Origin: Alphaproteobacteria bacterium
GTDB taxonomy: Bacteria; Pseudomonadota; Alphaproteobacteria; CAAHEQ01; UBA3637
DNA length: 64,000 nt
Reading direction: 5' to 3'
Assembly (NCBI GenBank): GCA_017962565.1
Contig: JAGCVC010000020.1
Coordinates: forward strand, 68,622-132,621
Part shown: one piece after another, positions 29,279 to 40,300 of the stretch
How positions within the stretch are numbered: position 1 is the stretch's first letter
Layout of the letters: the number at the start of each line of letters is the position of its first letter
Made by a program: the position numbers and the translations under genes
Notes under the pieces: generated by a model
The model's input: only the letters and a program-made list of their open reading frames with translations
What the model was told of the DNA's origin: nothing
Databases searched by the model: none

Positions 29279-30646
29279 TTAAAAGAAAAACAAACCCGCC
29301 ACAAATAATTTTTCCACATTTTTAAATTGACCGGATGGAGCCAAAATTATCACACTATCCCCCACTTCAATTTTAAGATCGTCCTCTAATTTTATCAAAT
29401 GTCCTTTCCGAACGACCCCACAAACACGCATACCCTTCTTTTTCCGTAATTTTCCAATCGTATAATCGACAATTTTAGATGTTTCCAAAACCTCAAATGA
29501 CATTAAGTCACCCAATTGTTGTTTTAAAGAATAAATGGATTGAACTTGTCCCTTACGGATATGCTGTAAAATCGTAGACGTTGAAATAGTGTTTGGATTA
29601 ATAATTACATCGACACCCAAATGAGCCAGAACTTTATCATAAATTTGCTTATTTATCAAAGCAAACGTTCTTTTAACGCCACGTTGTTTTGTCAGCAATG
29701 ACAATAAAATATTGTCTTCATCTTCACCGGTTAAGGAAACAAATGCATCTGCATTATCAATATTAGCTTCTTGCAAAATATCCTCATCCATTGAATTGCC
29801 TTTGATAACAAGCGTCTGATTCAAACTTTTTGCCAAATAAACAGCTTGATCTTCGTCTTTTTCAATTAAGGAAAGGTGGTCTGCCATACCTTCTTCTTCC
29901 ATCAACTTTGCTAAACAATAACCAATACGTCCACCACCGGCAATAACAACGTGATCCGTTCTGTTTATTGGATGGCCCAAAGCTTCCAAAATTTTTTCAC
30001 AATGCTTGTTGTCAACAACAAAATAAACTTCATCCCCAACCCTAAGAGTTGTTTTTGAATCAATTGCCACAGATTGCCCGGAACGTACAATTCCGGCAAT
30101 ACAAGTTGTGTATTCTTCAAAATCTTTTTCTATTGAACCGATTGTTTTCTTTAAAAATTCGCATCCGCGCATACACTTTGCTCCGACAAAAACAGCATCC
30201 CCGGGCATATTTATAAATTCCAATGCTCCTGGTGTTTTTATGTTACGCAAAATTGTTTTTGCTGTTTCTCTTTCCGGATAAATAACCACATTTACATGTA
30301 AATCATCAAAGAAAGGCGGATATTTTTGATTGGAATAGAAACCCGAACGAATACGGGCAATACGAAGCGGAATATTAAACAAACAAGCAGCTTCAAAACA
30401 AATCATCATATTTACTTCATCACTGGGGGTCAGAGCAATAATTAAATCTGCATCAGCAGCACCTGCCTGTGATAAAACTTCCGGTGAAGAAGCAACACCG
30501 ACAACGGTTTGAAGATCCATCTCACTTTCCAGTTTTCTCAATGTTTCAGCATCTGTGTCAATGACAGACAATTGATGCCCTTCATGGAACAAATAAGAAA
30601 CGATACTATTACCGATATCCCCACAGCCACAAATAATGATGTTCAT
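29279..30646 (-). CDS. trkA: Trk system potassium uptake protein TrkA (two RCK/NAD-binding modules)
   Basis: 455 aa. MNIIICGCGDIGNSI and VVIAGGGRIGYCLA Rossmann motifs. Conserved position upstream of hfq. Confidence 0.85.
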   Translation of the reverse strand: MNIIICGCGDIGNSIVSYLFHEGHQLSVIDTDAETLRKLESEMDLQTVVGVASSPEVLSQAGAADADLIIALTPSDEVNMMICFEAACLFNIPLRIARIRSGFYSNQKYPPFFDDLHVNVVIYPERETAKTILRNIKTPGALEFINMPGDAVFVGAKCMRGCEFLKKTIGSIEKDFEEYTTCIAGIVRSGQSVAIDSKTTLRVGDEVYFVVDNKHCEKILEALGHPINRTDHVVIAGGGRIGYCLAKLMEEEGMADHLSLIEKDEDQAVYLAKSLNQTLVIKGNSMDEDILQEANIDNADAFVSLTGEDEDNILLSLLTKQRGVKRTFALINKQIYDKVLAHLGVDVIINPNTISTSTILQHIRKGQVQSIYSLKQQLGDLMSFEVLETSKIVDYTIGKLRKKKGMRVCGVVRKGHLIKLEDDLKIEVGDSVIILAPSGQFKNVEKLFVAGLFFF

Positions 30647-30888
30647 ATTTTATCCCCTTTTATTTTAAATTTTTTCATTTTTGAATATAACGTATTGCGG
30701 TTAATACCCAATAAGTTTGCCGCATGCAACTGATTACCCTTTGTTTTTTCCAAAGCAACTTTAACAGCGGATTTTTCTGCTAATCCGACAATTTTATCGT
30801 ACATTTTGTCCGGATGCTTTCGACTTTCAAAATAAGTCAAATACGCCCGTACATATTTATCCAAAATGTCCTCTATACTTACGCTCAA
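30643..30888 (-). CDS. Fis-family helix-turn-helix DNA-binding protein (stand-alone NtrC/NtrX-type C-terminal HTH)
   Basis: 81 aa. ...KTKGNQLHAANLLGINRNTLYSKMKKF matches the Fis/NtrC HTH_8 signature. Overlaps the dusB stop and the trkA start by 4 nt each. Confidence 0.6.
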   Translation of the reverse strand: MSVSIEDILDKYVRAYLTYFESRKHPDKMYDKIVGLAEKSAVKVALEKTKGNQLHAANLLGINRNTLYSKMKKFKIKGDKI

Positions 30889-31814
30889 TTTCCAAAAAAC
30901 TCCCGTATCAAAGCTTTTACATTTTCTGGTTTTGTTTCATTATAAACACTTTGTCTGAAATTAGCAACAAAAGAATGTCCACTTGCGTACCAAGCAAGAT
31001 GTTTTCTTGCAATAAACAACCCTTTTCTGCCATAATAAGAAAGTAATCTGTCAAAATGTTCCTGCACAATCGGTTCAATATCTGATGGTGGTTCTTGCCC
31101 ATCAATTTGCGCTAAAATCCAAGGCCGTCCCAAAGCTCCACGCCCAATCATCAATCCGTCTGCTAACGTCTGTTTTCGACAATTTTTCGCTGTCTGTTCA
31201 TCGACAATATCACCATTGGCAATTACGGGTATTGATAAAACTTGCTTAACTTCTGCGATTTTTGACCAATCTGCTTTACCGCTATAGCCGTCTGCTTTTG
31301 TTCTGGCATGAATTGTAACAGCATCTGCACCGGCCTGCTCCATGTATAAGGCAAATTCTTTTACATTGATATGTTCTTTATCCCACCCCAAGCGCATTTT
31401 AACTGTCACAGGAATTGAAACAGCTTTTTTAACGGCTTCCACAATTTCAGCAGCCAAAATCGGTGATTGCATCAACGCAGCTCCCGAAGTGTTGGAAATC
31501 AGTTTTCGAACGGGGCAACCCATATTGATATCAACCAAAAAAGCGCCATTTTGCTCTGCTTTTTTCGCGGCCATTGCCATGTGTTCGGGATTATTACCAA
31601 CCAATTGAATAGCTATCGGAGCTTTTTCATCAGATAAATCCATCATCCGTTCGGTTGTTTTTGAACCGTAAACATAAGAAGTTGCCGCAACCATTTCATC
31701 ATAAAGCAAATGCTTTCCGAATTGTCGCATCATTTGGCGGAAAGGCTTATCCGTCACACCAGCCATCGGCGCTAAAAAAACATTTGAAGAAAGTTTTGAA
31801 AGAAAATCACTCAT
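30885..31814 (-). CDS. dusB: tRNA-dihydrouridine synthase B
   Basis: 309 aa. LAPMAGVTD..., DINMGCP, ...KMRLGW motifs typical of DusB/NifR3. Confidence 0.85.
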   Translation of the reverse strand: MSDFLSKLSSNVFLAPMAGVTDKPFRQMMRQFGKHLLYDEMVAATSYVYGSKTTERMMDLSDEKAPIAIQLVGNNPEHMAMAAKKAEQNGAFLVDINMGCPVRKLISNTSGAALMQSPILAAEIVEAVKKAVSIPVTVKMRLGWDKEHINVKEFALYMEQAGADAVTIHARTKADGYSGKADWSKIAEVKQVLSIPVIANGDIVDEQTAKNCRKQTLADGLMIGRGALGRPWILAQIDGQEPPSDIEPIVQEHFDRLLSYYGRKGLFIARKHLAWYASGHSFVANFRQSVYNETKPENVKALIREFFGN

Positions 31815-32734
31815 TTGCGCGACCGTTTTTCATCCATGAAAGAATAGGCCTGATAAAGTGCTTCTTCTTGTTCTTCTTGGCTCATTTTTTCAAAAAAATC
31901 CTTAAGTTCCGGCGAAACAGTTGTCAAATCTGTTTCATTGGGGAACAAGTACGATAAGGAAACATATAACCAACTGGCAGCTTTAATCTTGCTGGAAGAA
32001 TCATCTTTTTTAGAATAAATTTCGTACAGTTTACGCTGGGCCGGGATATAATCATGCTGTGCGGCTTGCTCGTACCAGAACAAAGCCTTTTCCATATCTT
32101 TGTGAACTCCAAGTCCTTCCAAATAAAGATTCGCCAAAGAATACATTGCTTCCAAATGTCCTTGAGCTGCTGCTTTTTCGTACCAGATGGCTGCTTGTCC
32201 GTAATCCATTTGGATTTTTTTGCCTTCTGCATACAAACGTCCCAAGTCAAATTGACTTTGACTGTCTCCGAAAGTTGCCGTTTTTACAATCCACTGCATA
32301 TTCCATCTATCATCAATTGTTGGTGGACTGAGCATCTTGTATGCTGGTTGATTGCGTAAAATCTCCAATGCCTGAACAGCTTGCTTATCTCCCCGCAAAG
32401 CTGCTTTTTCATACCATTTTTCAGATTCCAACAAATCGGGCGGAACACCGGGCTTTCCATATTGATAAATATGCCCCAATGCAAACTGAGCTTCCAAAAC
32501 ACCCTGTCGTGCAGCTTTATAAAGCCATGAAACAATAACAGGATATTCTGTATCTTTTTGTTTTTCGTAAAATAAAGCCAATTGATATTGAGATTCCGCA
32601 TTTCCGCTTTCTGCGGCTTGATACAATTGCTTAAAAGCCTCATCATTTTGATTAAGCGGCAGCAAAACAGAAGCATTTACAGGTAATGCCATTCCCAAAA
32701 CGAATCCCATAAATATCAGTTGACTTTTACGCAT
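31811..32734 (-). CDS. secreted Sel1/TPR-like repeat protein
   Basis: 307 aa. Signal peptide followed by at least five Sel1 repeats ([31 protein letters not shown]; [30 protein letters not shown]; etc.). Confidence 0.75.
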   Translation of the reverse strand: MRKSQLIFMGFVLGMALPVNASVLLPLNQNDEAFKQLYQAAESGNAESQYQLALFYEKQKDTEYPVIVSWLYKAARQGVLEAQFALGHIYQYGKPGVPPDLLESEKWYEKAALRGDKQAVQALEILRNQPAYKMLSPPTIDDRWNMQWIVKTATFGDSQSQFDLGRLYAEGKKIQMDYGQAAIWYEKAAAQGHLEAMYSLANLYLEGLGVHKDMEKALFWYEQAAQHDYIPAQRKLYEIYSKKDDSSSKIKAASWLYVSLSYLFPNETDLTTVSPELKDFFEKMSQEEQEEALYQAYSFMDEKRSRK

Positions 32735-32800
32735 ATTTCTTATACTTTCTTTCCTATCAGAAGCAATTATAACAGTTTTTTTAAAAAGGTTAAGAGAAAA

Positions 32801-34129
32801 ATGGATAAAAAAGCGCGTGTTATCGGAGCCGGTTTAGCCGGCAGTGAAGCGGCTTGGCAACTTGCAAAGTGCGGTTATCAAGTTGATTTATACGAAATGC
32901 GCCCTGTGAAGAATACACCGGCACACACAACGGATAAATGCGCTGAATTGGTTTGTTCCAATTCGCTACGCAGTGATGATTGGCAAACAAATGCTGTCGG
33001 TTTGCTTCATGAAGAATTACGCCGCTGCGGTTCTTTAATTATGAACTGCGCAGATGAAACACGTGTGCCAGCCGGTGGAGCATTGGCTGTGGATCGTGAA
33101 GCTTTTTCAAGTTTGGTAATGCAAAAATTGACTTTTCATCCTTTAATTACCATCCACAGAAAAGAAATAACCGATTTAGATGAACTGGATGACATCCCCA
33201 CCATTTTGGCAACCGGCCCTTTAACCAGTGAAAAAATGGCTGAAAATTTACAAAAAATAACCGGAGACGAACATTTACATTTCTTTGACGCGATTGCCCC
33301 GATTGTTTATACAGACAGTATTGATATGTCGCAAGCGTGGTATCAATCCCGCTATGACAAAGGCGACAAATATGATTATCTGAATTTGCCAATGAACAAA
33401 GAGCAGTACGAAAATTTTGTTGCAAATCTGTTGGCCGGTGAAAAAGTCGAATTTCATGATTGGGAAAAAGAAACACCCTATTTTGAAGGATGTTTGCCGA
33501 TTGAAGTGATGGCCGAACGCGGTCCTTTAACTTTGCGTTTTGGACCAATGAAACCGGTCGGATTGACCAACCCGCGTGATCCGAAAAATAAACCTTTTGC
33601 TGTTGTCTAATTACGTAAAGAAAATAAAGAAGGTACATTGATGAACCTGGTCGGTTTTCAAACGAAATTAAAATATAATGCGCAAAAAGAAATTTTTTCA
33701 AAAATACCGGGATTGGAAAATGCTTCATTTGCACGCATGGGCGGCATCCACCGTAATACTTTTGTTTGCGGCCCGAAAGTCTTAGATGAAAGATTGCATT
33801 TAAAAAATAAATCAAACGTTATCTTGGCCGGGCAAGTTTCCGGGTGCGAAGGTTATGTTGAAAGCACAGCTATGGGATTTTTGGCCGCACGATTGTTGGC
33901 AAATTCGGCATTGCCTTTGCCACCGGCCGAAACAGCTTTGGGCGCAATGCTAAGGCACGTCACGTCCGGCAACGTAGAAACTTTCCAACCGATGAACATC
34001 AACTTTGGCATCTTCCCCGAATTACCGAAAACAGGCGGACGAAAAATTAAAGGCGCAGACCGTAAAAAACTTTATTCCGACCGCGCCCTTTCCGCCCTTG
34101 ATAAGTGGATGAAGAATTTTATTTATTAA
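32801..34129 (+). pseudogene. trmFO: methylenetetrahydrofolate--tRNA-(uracil54-C5)-methyltransferase TrmFO interrupted by one in-frame TAA (33608-33610)
   Basis: Track ORFs 32720..33610 and 33638..34129 are in the same frame. Together they span a complete TrmFO (N-terminal [21 protein letters not shown] motif; C-terminal NLVGFQTKLKYNAQKEIFSKIPGLENASFARMGGIHRNTF). The only interruption is TAA at 33608-33610, at the position where TrmFO proteins have Gln in the conserved ...AVVQLR... segment. The frame reads AVV*LRKENKEGTLMNLVGFQT, so this is a CAA to TAA change, or a sequencing error. Confidence 0.75.
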
Positions 34130-34135
34130 TTGAAA

Positions 34136-35245
34136 TTATTCTTCCAGCGGGATGATTCTTTTGTTTTTAATTTGTTTTAAGAATGTTGGAACGCGCAACA
34201 ATCCGTTATCTTCCAAATGCACATTGCCGATCAGTCCTTGATAATCCCTTTGCTGATACATGGTATCGCGAAATTCTTTTGTGGTTGGAATACGTTTTAA
34301 TGCTCTTCCAGCTTTTTCATAAGTATTTACAATGACATTCATTGCATCATACATATAGACAGCGTCAGGATGTTTTGACTTTAAAAAGTTTTCCCATTCA
34401 GCATTATAAGGTTTTCCAACCTCATAGAAACCGTCAAAATACGTAAAATCATAATTAGCAGTTTCCACCGTATCAAAGCCCAAAAGAGGCATATCAAATT
34501 CCTGCGATTTAATTTCTCGCGCAATAAATACAATACCGGGAGCCCATCCATAAAGAATGACCAAATCATGATTATTGGATTTTACCCTTGCAACCATCGT
34601 TCTGAAAGCATCCAATTCCTTTCCGTCATACAGGTATTTTTCGTAAGTTATTCCTTTTTCTTTTAACTTAGGTTCCATAATATTAAGAATTTCAACCCCT
34701 CCGGGAACTTGTTGAAAAATCAACCCGACATTCTTAAATTTCCATTTAAAAATAAAGTCCAATGCCGCCGGGGCTAAATCAGAGCCGGTCACAGAACAAT
34801 TAAAAATATTTTTTCCGTCTGATAAATCCGCATAGCTATCAATAAAAAGAATTTTATCATTTTCAATCATCAACGGTTTAATTGCACTGCTGGGACCTGA
34901 CCAACTGGACATAATCAGATGCACCCCATCCATATCTAACATTTTATGCGCTATAGTTATGGTATTTGCCGCCTTTAACTCATCATCCTGCGCAATAAGT
35001 TTATAGTTGAAGTAACGGTCGGGATTACTATTCGCTTTATCTAACACCATTTGCGCAGAATTTAAAACATCTTTTCCCAAATATCCCATGGCACCCGTCA
35101 TCGGATAAATAAGCCCAATTTTGATAACCGGTTTGTCACTTTTCTGCTCTTGTTGTTGATACACATTAATACTGATGATACTCGCTACCACCAGTACAGC
35201 TAAACACCATCCAATTATTTTTTTCCAACTTACTTTCTTTGTCAT
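34136..35245 (-). CDS. membrane-anchored periplasmic binding protein, LivJ/LivK-like (PBP type 1), no cognate permease nearby
   Basis: 369 aa. N-terminal uncleaved-looking TM anchor (WKKIIGWCLAVLVVASIISINVY). PBP1 fold with Leu/Ile/Val-binding-protein-like motifs. Confidence 0.7.
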   Translation of the reverse strand: MTKKVSWKKIIGWCLAVLVVASIISINVYQQQEQKSDKPVIKIGLIYPMTGAMGYLGKDVLNSAQMVLDKANSNPDRYFNYKLIAQDDELKAANTITIAHKMLDMDGVHLIMSSWSGPSSAIKPLMIENDKILFIDSYADLSDGKNIFNCSVTGSDLAPAALDFIFKWKFKNVGLIFQQVPGGVEILNIMEPKLKEKGITYEKYLYDGKELDAFRTMVARVKSNNHDLVILYGWAPGIVFIAREIKSQEFDMPLLGFDTVETANYDFTYFDGFYEVGKPYNAEWENFLKSKHPDAVYMYDAMNVIVNTYEKAGRALKRIPTTKEFRDTMYQQRDYQGLIGNVHLEDNGLLRVPTFLKQIKNKRIIPLEE

Positions 35246-35258
35246 AACAAAACCTTTT

Positions 35259-36371
35259 TTATTCTTCCATCAAGACAAACCTTCCGTCTTTAATTTCTGC
35301 GACAACATAGGAATAAAAACTGTCTCCGTTATTCAATTTCACTGTTCCGGAAACACCGTTCCACTGTTCCATTTTTGTATAAGTATCTTGAGTAAACGGT
35401 AAATTATTATCAAAAGTATATTTGATTAAATTCATCGTATCAAATACTTGAATTGGTAAGAAAAAAGCCGGAATATTTTCTTTTTTCAAAGTTTCCAAAA
35501 GTTTATTATCCCGAATATCTATTTCTTCAACATCAGCAGGCACGGTTTGAGCAATAATACCATCGGCCAGCTCTCCTAAACCCCGGTAAGTATAAGGATC
35601 GGAAATACTATGATTAGCAATGATTTTTCCTTGATAACCGCTTTCTTTTAATATTCTGATAGCATTAATGTATGCCAAAGTTACCGTACCAGAAAAAAAT
35701 ACTGCTTCCGGTGGATTTTCAATAATTTTCTGAACCTCATTTCTAACATCAAAACTGCGCAACGGTAAGCTGACTGTATTTAAAATCTTTCTTCCATCTG
35801 CTTGATATTCTTTTATAAACAAATCTTTTCCCGCAACCCCAAAATCATCTTCCATATTGATAATGGAAACTGTATTAAAACGTTTAGCATATTCTATGAT
35901 TGCTTTTCCGTCATAAATACCGGATGCCACGCGCTGATAGCCGGACGAAAGACCTAGTTGCTTTCCTTCAATAGTCGTAAGGGCAAACGTAAATCCACCT
36001 TGTTTTTCCACAATTGGAATCAGGATTCTTGAAATGAACGAAAAAGCGGATATAACTATCGGTTTTTCTTCTGATAAAGCTATTTGTTGAAACACAGAAA
36101 CTGCCTTATCCGGCTTGGATTCATCATCTAAATAGATAATTTCAAAAGGAACATTGTCCGTATTGTCCATGTAAATAGTCATATAAGATTTTATTCTTTG
36201 TCCCAGATCAGCCACTGAGCCGCTTAATGGCAAGACAGCATAAACTTTTGGTTTTCCGCTTGAAGATTGTTGCTTTGCCTGATACGCATTATATCCGATA
36301 ACACCGAATATAACGACTATTGCAACTACCCATCCGATGATATTTTTCCAACTGATTTTTTTTACCATCAT
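35259..36371 (-). CDS. membrane-anchored periplasmic binding protein, LivJ/LivK-like paralog
   Basis: 370 aa. Same N-terminal anchor pattern (WKNIIGWVVAIVVIFGVIGYNAY) and the same family as its neighbour. Confidence 0.7.
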   Translation of the reverse strand: MMVKKISWKNIIGWVVAIVVIFGVIGYNAYQAKQQSSSGKPKVYAVLPLSGSVADLGQRIKSYMTIYMDNTDNVPFEIIYLDDESKPDKAVSVFQQIALSEEKPIVISAFSFISRILIPIVEKQGGFTFALTTIEGKQLGLSSGYQRVASGIYDGKAIIEYAKRFNTVSIINMEDDFGVAGKDLFIKEYQADGRKILNTVSLPLRSFDVRNEVQKIIENPPEAVFFSGTVTLAYINAIRILKESGYQGKIIANHSISDPYTYRGLGELADGIIAQTVPADVEEIDIRDNKLLETLKKENIPAFFLPIQVFDTMNLIKYTFDNNLPFTQDTYTKMEQWNGVSGTVKLNNGDSFYSYVVAEIKDGRFVLMEE

Positions 36372-36439
36372 AAAGTCCCTTCATCAAAAAAACGCTGCTT
36401 TTATCTTACATAAAAAACAATGCAAAAACAAGACTTTTT

Positions 36440-37357
36440 TTATCTTGTTTTTTCTTGGATTAAATATTTTTCCAAATAAAATTTTCCGTTTTTACTGACC
36501 GGACGGCAAAAGTCTTTAATGCCTGCCTTATCCGCTGTTTCCAAAGCAACATCATATCCGGCAGACAAATCCTTTATCTTATGCGCATCATCACTTAAAA
36601 AAGTCGGGATTTTAAATTGAGCAAACAGTTGCAATAATTGTAATAAAAAAAGTGTATTGTAACCGTTTTTCCTTCCGTTTTCTTTGGGTAATAATCCGGT
36701 ATTTATTTCCGCAGCGACATTGTGTTCGGCCAAACAAGCAACCGTTTCTTGCTCATCCGGTCTGAAACTTTCTTCAATACCTAACCCGCGAATTTTATAC
36801 AAATCCAAATGCGCCATAAAATCAAAATATCCCGAACTGATTGCTGTTTGAGCGTTCTTCCAATAATTATGAATGACTTCATTTTTCTGTTCTTCCGATA
36901 ACAATTGAACATCGTGCATATTCATAATTTGGCCTTTGTACACAGAAAAATGTGTTGCCCCAATAACATAATCCGGTTTTAAAATATCCAAAGCCTTTTC
37001 AAAATTCTTGCTCCAACCGGCATATTGGAAAAAGTCGGCTTCCATCCCTTTATAAACAGGAAAAGATGTTTGCGCCTTTACTTTTTCAATTTCATCATAG
37101 TTGCGTTTGAATTTATCCAAAGCATCTTCAAAACTTAAAGAATACATTGCATGATATGGAACTCTTCCTTCTTTTGGTGGACACTTTGCAACCTTGTACA
37201 TCCCGGTGTTTTCAATTCCCGGATACACAATAAAATGATTTGTAATACCGATTGCGCTATATCCGATTTTCTGAGCAGCATCAACCATTTCTTGCACGCT
37301 ATTACTGCCATCGAAACCTATTGTATGCGTATGTAATGAAAATATTTCTTGCTTCAT
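36440..37357 (-). CDS. PHP-family phosphoesterase (histidinol-phosphatase HisK-like)
   Basis: 305 aa. LHTHTIGFDGSNSVQEMVDAA...GITNHF PHP motifs. Overlaps the mfd stop by 4 nt. Confidence 0.7.
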   Translation of the reverse strand: MKQEIFSLHTHTIGFDGSNSVQEMVDAAQKIGYSAIGITNHFIVYPGIENTGMYKVAKCPPKEGRVPYHAMYSLSFEDALDKFKRNYDEIEKVKAQTSFPVYKGMEADFFQYAGWSKNFEKALDILKPDYVIGATHFSVYKGQIMNMHDVQLLSEEQKNEVIHNYWKNAQTAISSGYFDFMAHLDLYKIRGLGIEESFRPDEQETVACLAEHNVAAEINTGLLPKENGRKNGYNTLFLLQLLQLFAQFKIPTFLSDDAHKIKDLSAGYDVALETADKAGIKDFCRPVSKNGKFYLEKYLIQEKTR

Positions 37358-40300
37358 TTTTCTTCCACCTCTTCCGCCATTTTGGCGAAGGTTTCAAGTA
37401 AGCTTTTGACACCGACAAGACGATCCATCGGATTGTTCCAAATACGTGTGATTGTCAACTTATCAGGCTTTAATTTTGCCAAGCCCATTTGCGAATTAAC
37501 AAAGCCGACCAACCCCGCTGGATTAGGGAATAAATTGTTCCTAAACGTAATCGACATTCCTTTACTGCCCGCTTCGATTTTTTCAATATGTGCTTGACGG
37601 CATAAAGTTTTTAATGAAACCGTTGTCAACAAGTTTTCAACCTCTTCCGGTATAGCACCGAATCGATCTTCCAATTCCAAACGTATTGATTGCATTTCTT
37701 CCGGCGTTTGCAAGTTCGCCATACGATGATAAAGCTCCATACGCAATCCCAGATCCGGGACATACTTTTCCGGTATCAATACTGACAACCCTAAAGAAAT
37801 TTGCGGCGAATAGTTTTCTTGTTCGATATTTTCAATATCTTGGCCGCTTTTCAGCATAGAAACTGCATCTTCCAACATTTTTTGGTATAATTCGACACCG
37901 ACTTCTTTAATATGCCCGGATTGTTCTTGACCAAGTAAGTTACCGGCTCCGCGAATATCCAAATCATGACTTGCCAACGTAAAACCGGCACCTAAACTAT
38001 CAAGACTTTGCATCACTTCCAACCGCTTTTGAGCTCCCGGCGTTAAAACTTTGTTTTCAGAAGTCGTCAAGTAAGCATAAGCTTTGACCTTAGAACGCCC
38101 TACCCGTCCGCGCAATTGATATAAAGCCGCCAAACCGAACATATCAGCTCTGTGAATAATTATTGTGTTCACATCCGATAAGTCAATTCCCGATTCGATA
38201 ATAGAAGTTGCCAATAAGACATCAAACTTGCCATCAACGAAATCCGTCATAATTTTTTCCAATTCGGTTGGCTTCATTTGTCCGTGAGCCGCGACTATTT
38301 TCAATTCCGGCACAATGCGTTTCAACTTGTCCATCAAAGGTGCCATATCCGAAATACGCGGACAAACATAGAAGGTTTGACCACCACGCAAATGCTCACG
38401 CATCATAGCATCCCGCAAAATCACCGCATCGAAAGGCAAAACAAAAGTACTGACCGCCAACCTGTCCACCGGTGGCGTTGCAATCAAGCTTAGATCCCGA
38501 ACTCCTGTCAACGACATCTGTAACGTACGTGGGATAGGCGTTGCCGTCAATGTCAAAACATGAACAGATGCTTTTAATGCCTTTAATTGTTCCTTATGAG
38601 CTACACCGAAGTGCTGCTCTTCATCCACAATCAGTAACCCTAAATTTTTAAACTGCACGGACTTTGCAAGCAAAGCATGCGTTCCGATGACAATATCAAC
38701 AGATCCGTCCGCCAAACCGGCCAATGTTTTTTTCTTTTCTGCCGCACTGACCAAACGTGAAAGCCGCCCGATTTTAAGTGGAATCCCTTCAAATCGTTTT
38801 GCAAAAGTAGCATAATGTTGACGCGCTAACAACGTTGTCGGAACAATAACCGCAACTTGCATTCCACTTTCTGCTGCCATAAAAGCCGCACGTAAAGCCA
38901 CTTCCGTCTTACCAAAACCAACATCTCCACAAACCAACCGATCCATCGGATGACCGGATGCAAAATCCGATATTACATCATTGATGGAGTGCAATTGATC
39001 TTCCGTTTCCACATAGGGAAAACGAGCGCAAAATTCATTATAAAATCCAATATCGGGAGTTACAACCGGCATTTGTGTTGCATAACGAGCCGCTGCAATA
39101 CCTATCAATTTTTCAGCCATTTCTAATAATTGTTTTTTAACTCTGGCTTTACGTGCTTGCCAACCGGAACCGCCCAATCTGTCCAATGCAACTGCCGTAT
39201 TTTCCGAACCATACCTGGAAAGCATATCCAAGTTTTCAACCGGCACAAATAATTTATCGTCACCATCATAGATAATTTTCAAGCAATCGTGTGCTGTTCC
39301 GCCCGCCTGCAAAGTAATTAAACCTTCATACCGACCGATACCATGTGTCACGTGAACAACCAAATCTCCGATATTTAAAGTTGAAATATCTTCAATAAAG
39401 TTTTCTTTTGCTTTTCTGTGACGTGTCGGACGAATCATCCTCTCGCCCAAAATATCTTCTTCGGTTAAAATGGTAAAATCTTTTGCAACGAAACCTTTTT
39501 CAAGTGGTATCTGTATGATCGAGGGCGCATTTTTCAAGGCACCAACCCAAGAAAAAGCTTTATTTAAGGATATACCAAATTGGGCAATTCCTTTTGTAAT
39601 ATGTTCACTTGATGAATCCGAAAAAGAAGCAATAATAACCGGATGTTTTGATTTATGAATAAACTGTGCAACTTTTTCAAAAACATTTCCGGATGCTCTG
39701 TCAGCAGCGAAACTGATACCGACACGCGATTGCAAATCTTCCTGGTCAGGTCCGACAAATGAGGATAAAACAAAACGATCAAAACCGTGTAACTTTGTTT
39801 GCCATTCTTCTTCATTTAAAAAGAAAGTGTCCGGAGCAACAGGATAATACACATCTTCCAATTTATCTTTAATTTTTAAAGCGTTCAAACGCGCTTGATA
39901 GTATTCCATTATCTGTGATTGACGCGATAAAACGGCTTGCGGAACATCTTCATCTAAATAAATTGGTGTTTCAGATGGCAAATAATCCAAAAAGCAATCC
40001 ATTTTTTCAAAAAACAAGGGCAACCAATGTTCCAAACCATTTACTTTTCGACCTGCTGAAACGCTTTCATAAAGCATATCAGAAGATGTCTGTCCCCCCG
40101 CCAACGCACGATAACGTGTCCGAAAATCCGAAATTGTCTTTTCGTTCAAAACATATTCGGCCATAGGCTTAATGGACAAATTTTGCACAATCGCATTCGT
40201 TTTTTGCGTTGTGACAGAAAAAGTCCGAATGCTTTCCAAAACATCTCCGAATAAATCCAACCGATAAGGCTCTTCCGACCCGCTGACGAAAATATCCATA

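Noticed and set aside
33608-33610. Selenocysteine or programmed recoding at the trmFO internal stop
   Set aside because: The stop is TAA, not TGA, and the position aligns with Gln, so it is not a Sec codon. Readthrough remains possible but unproven.
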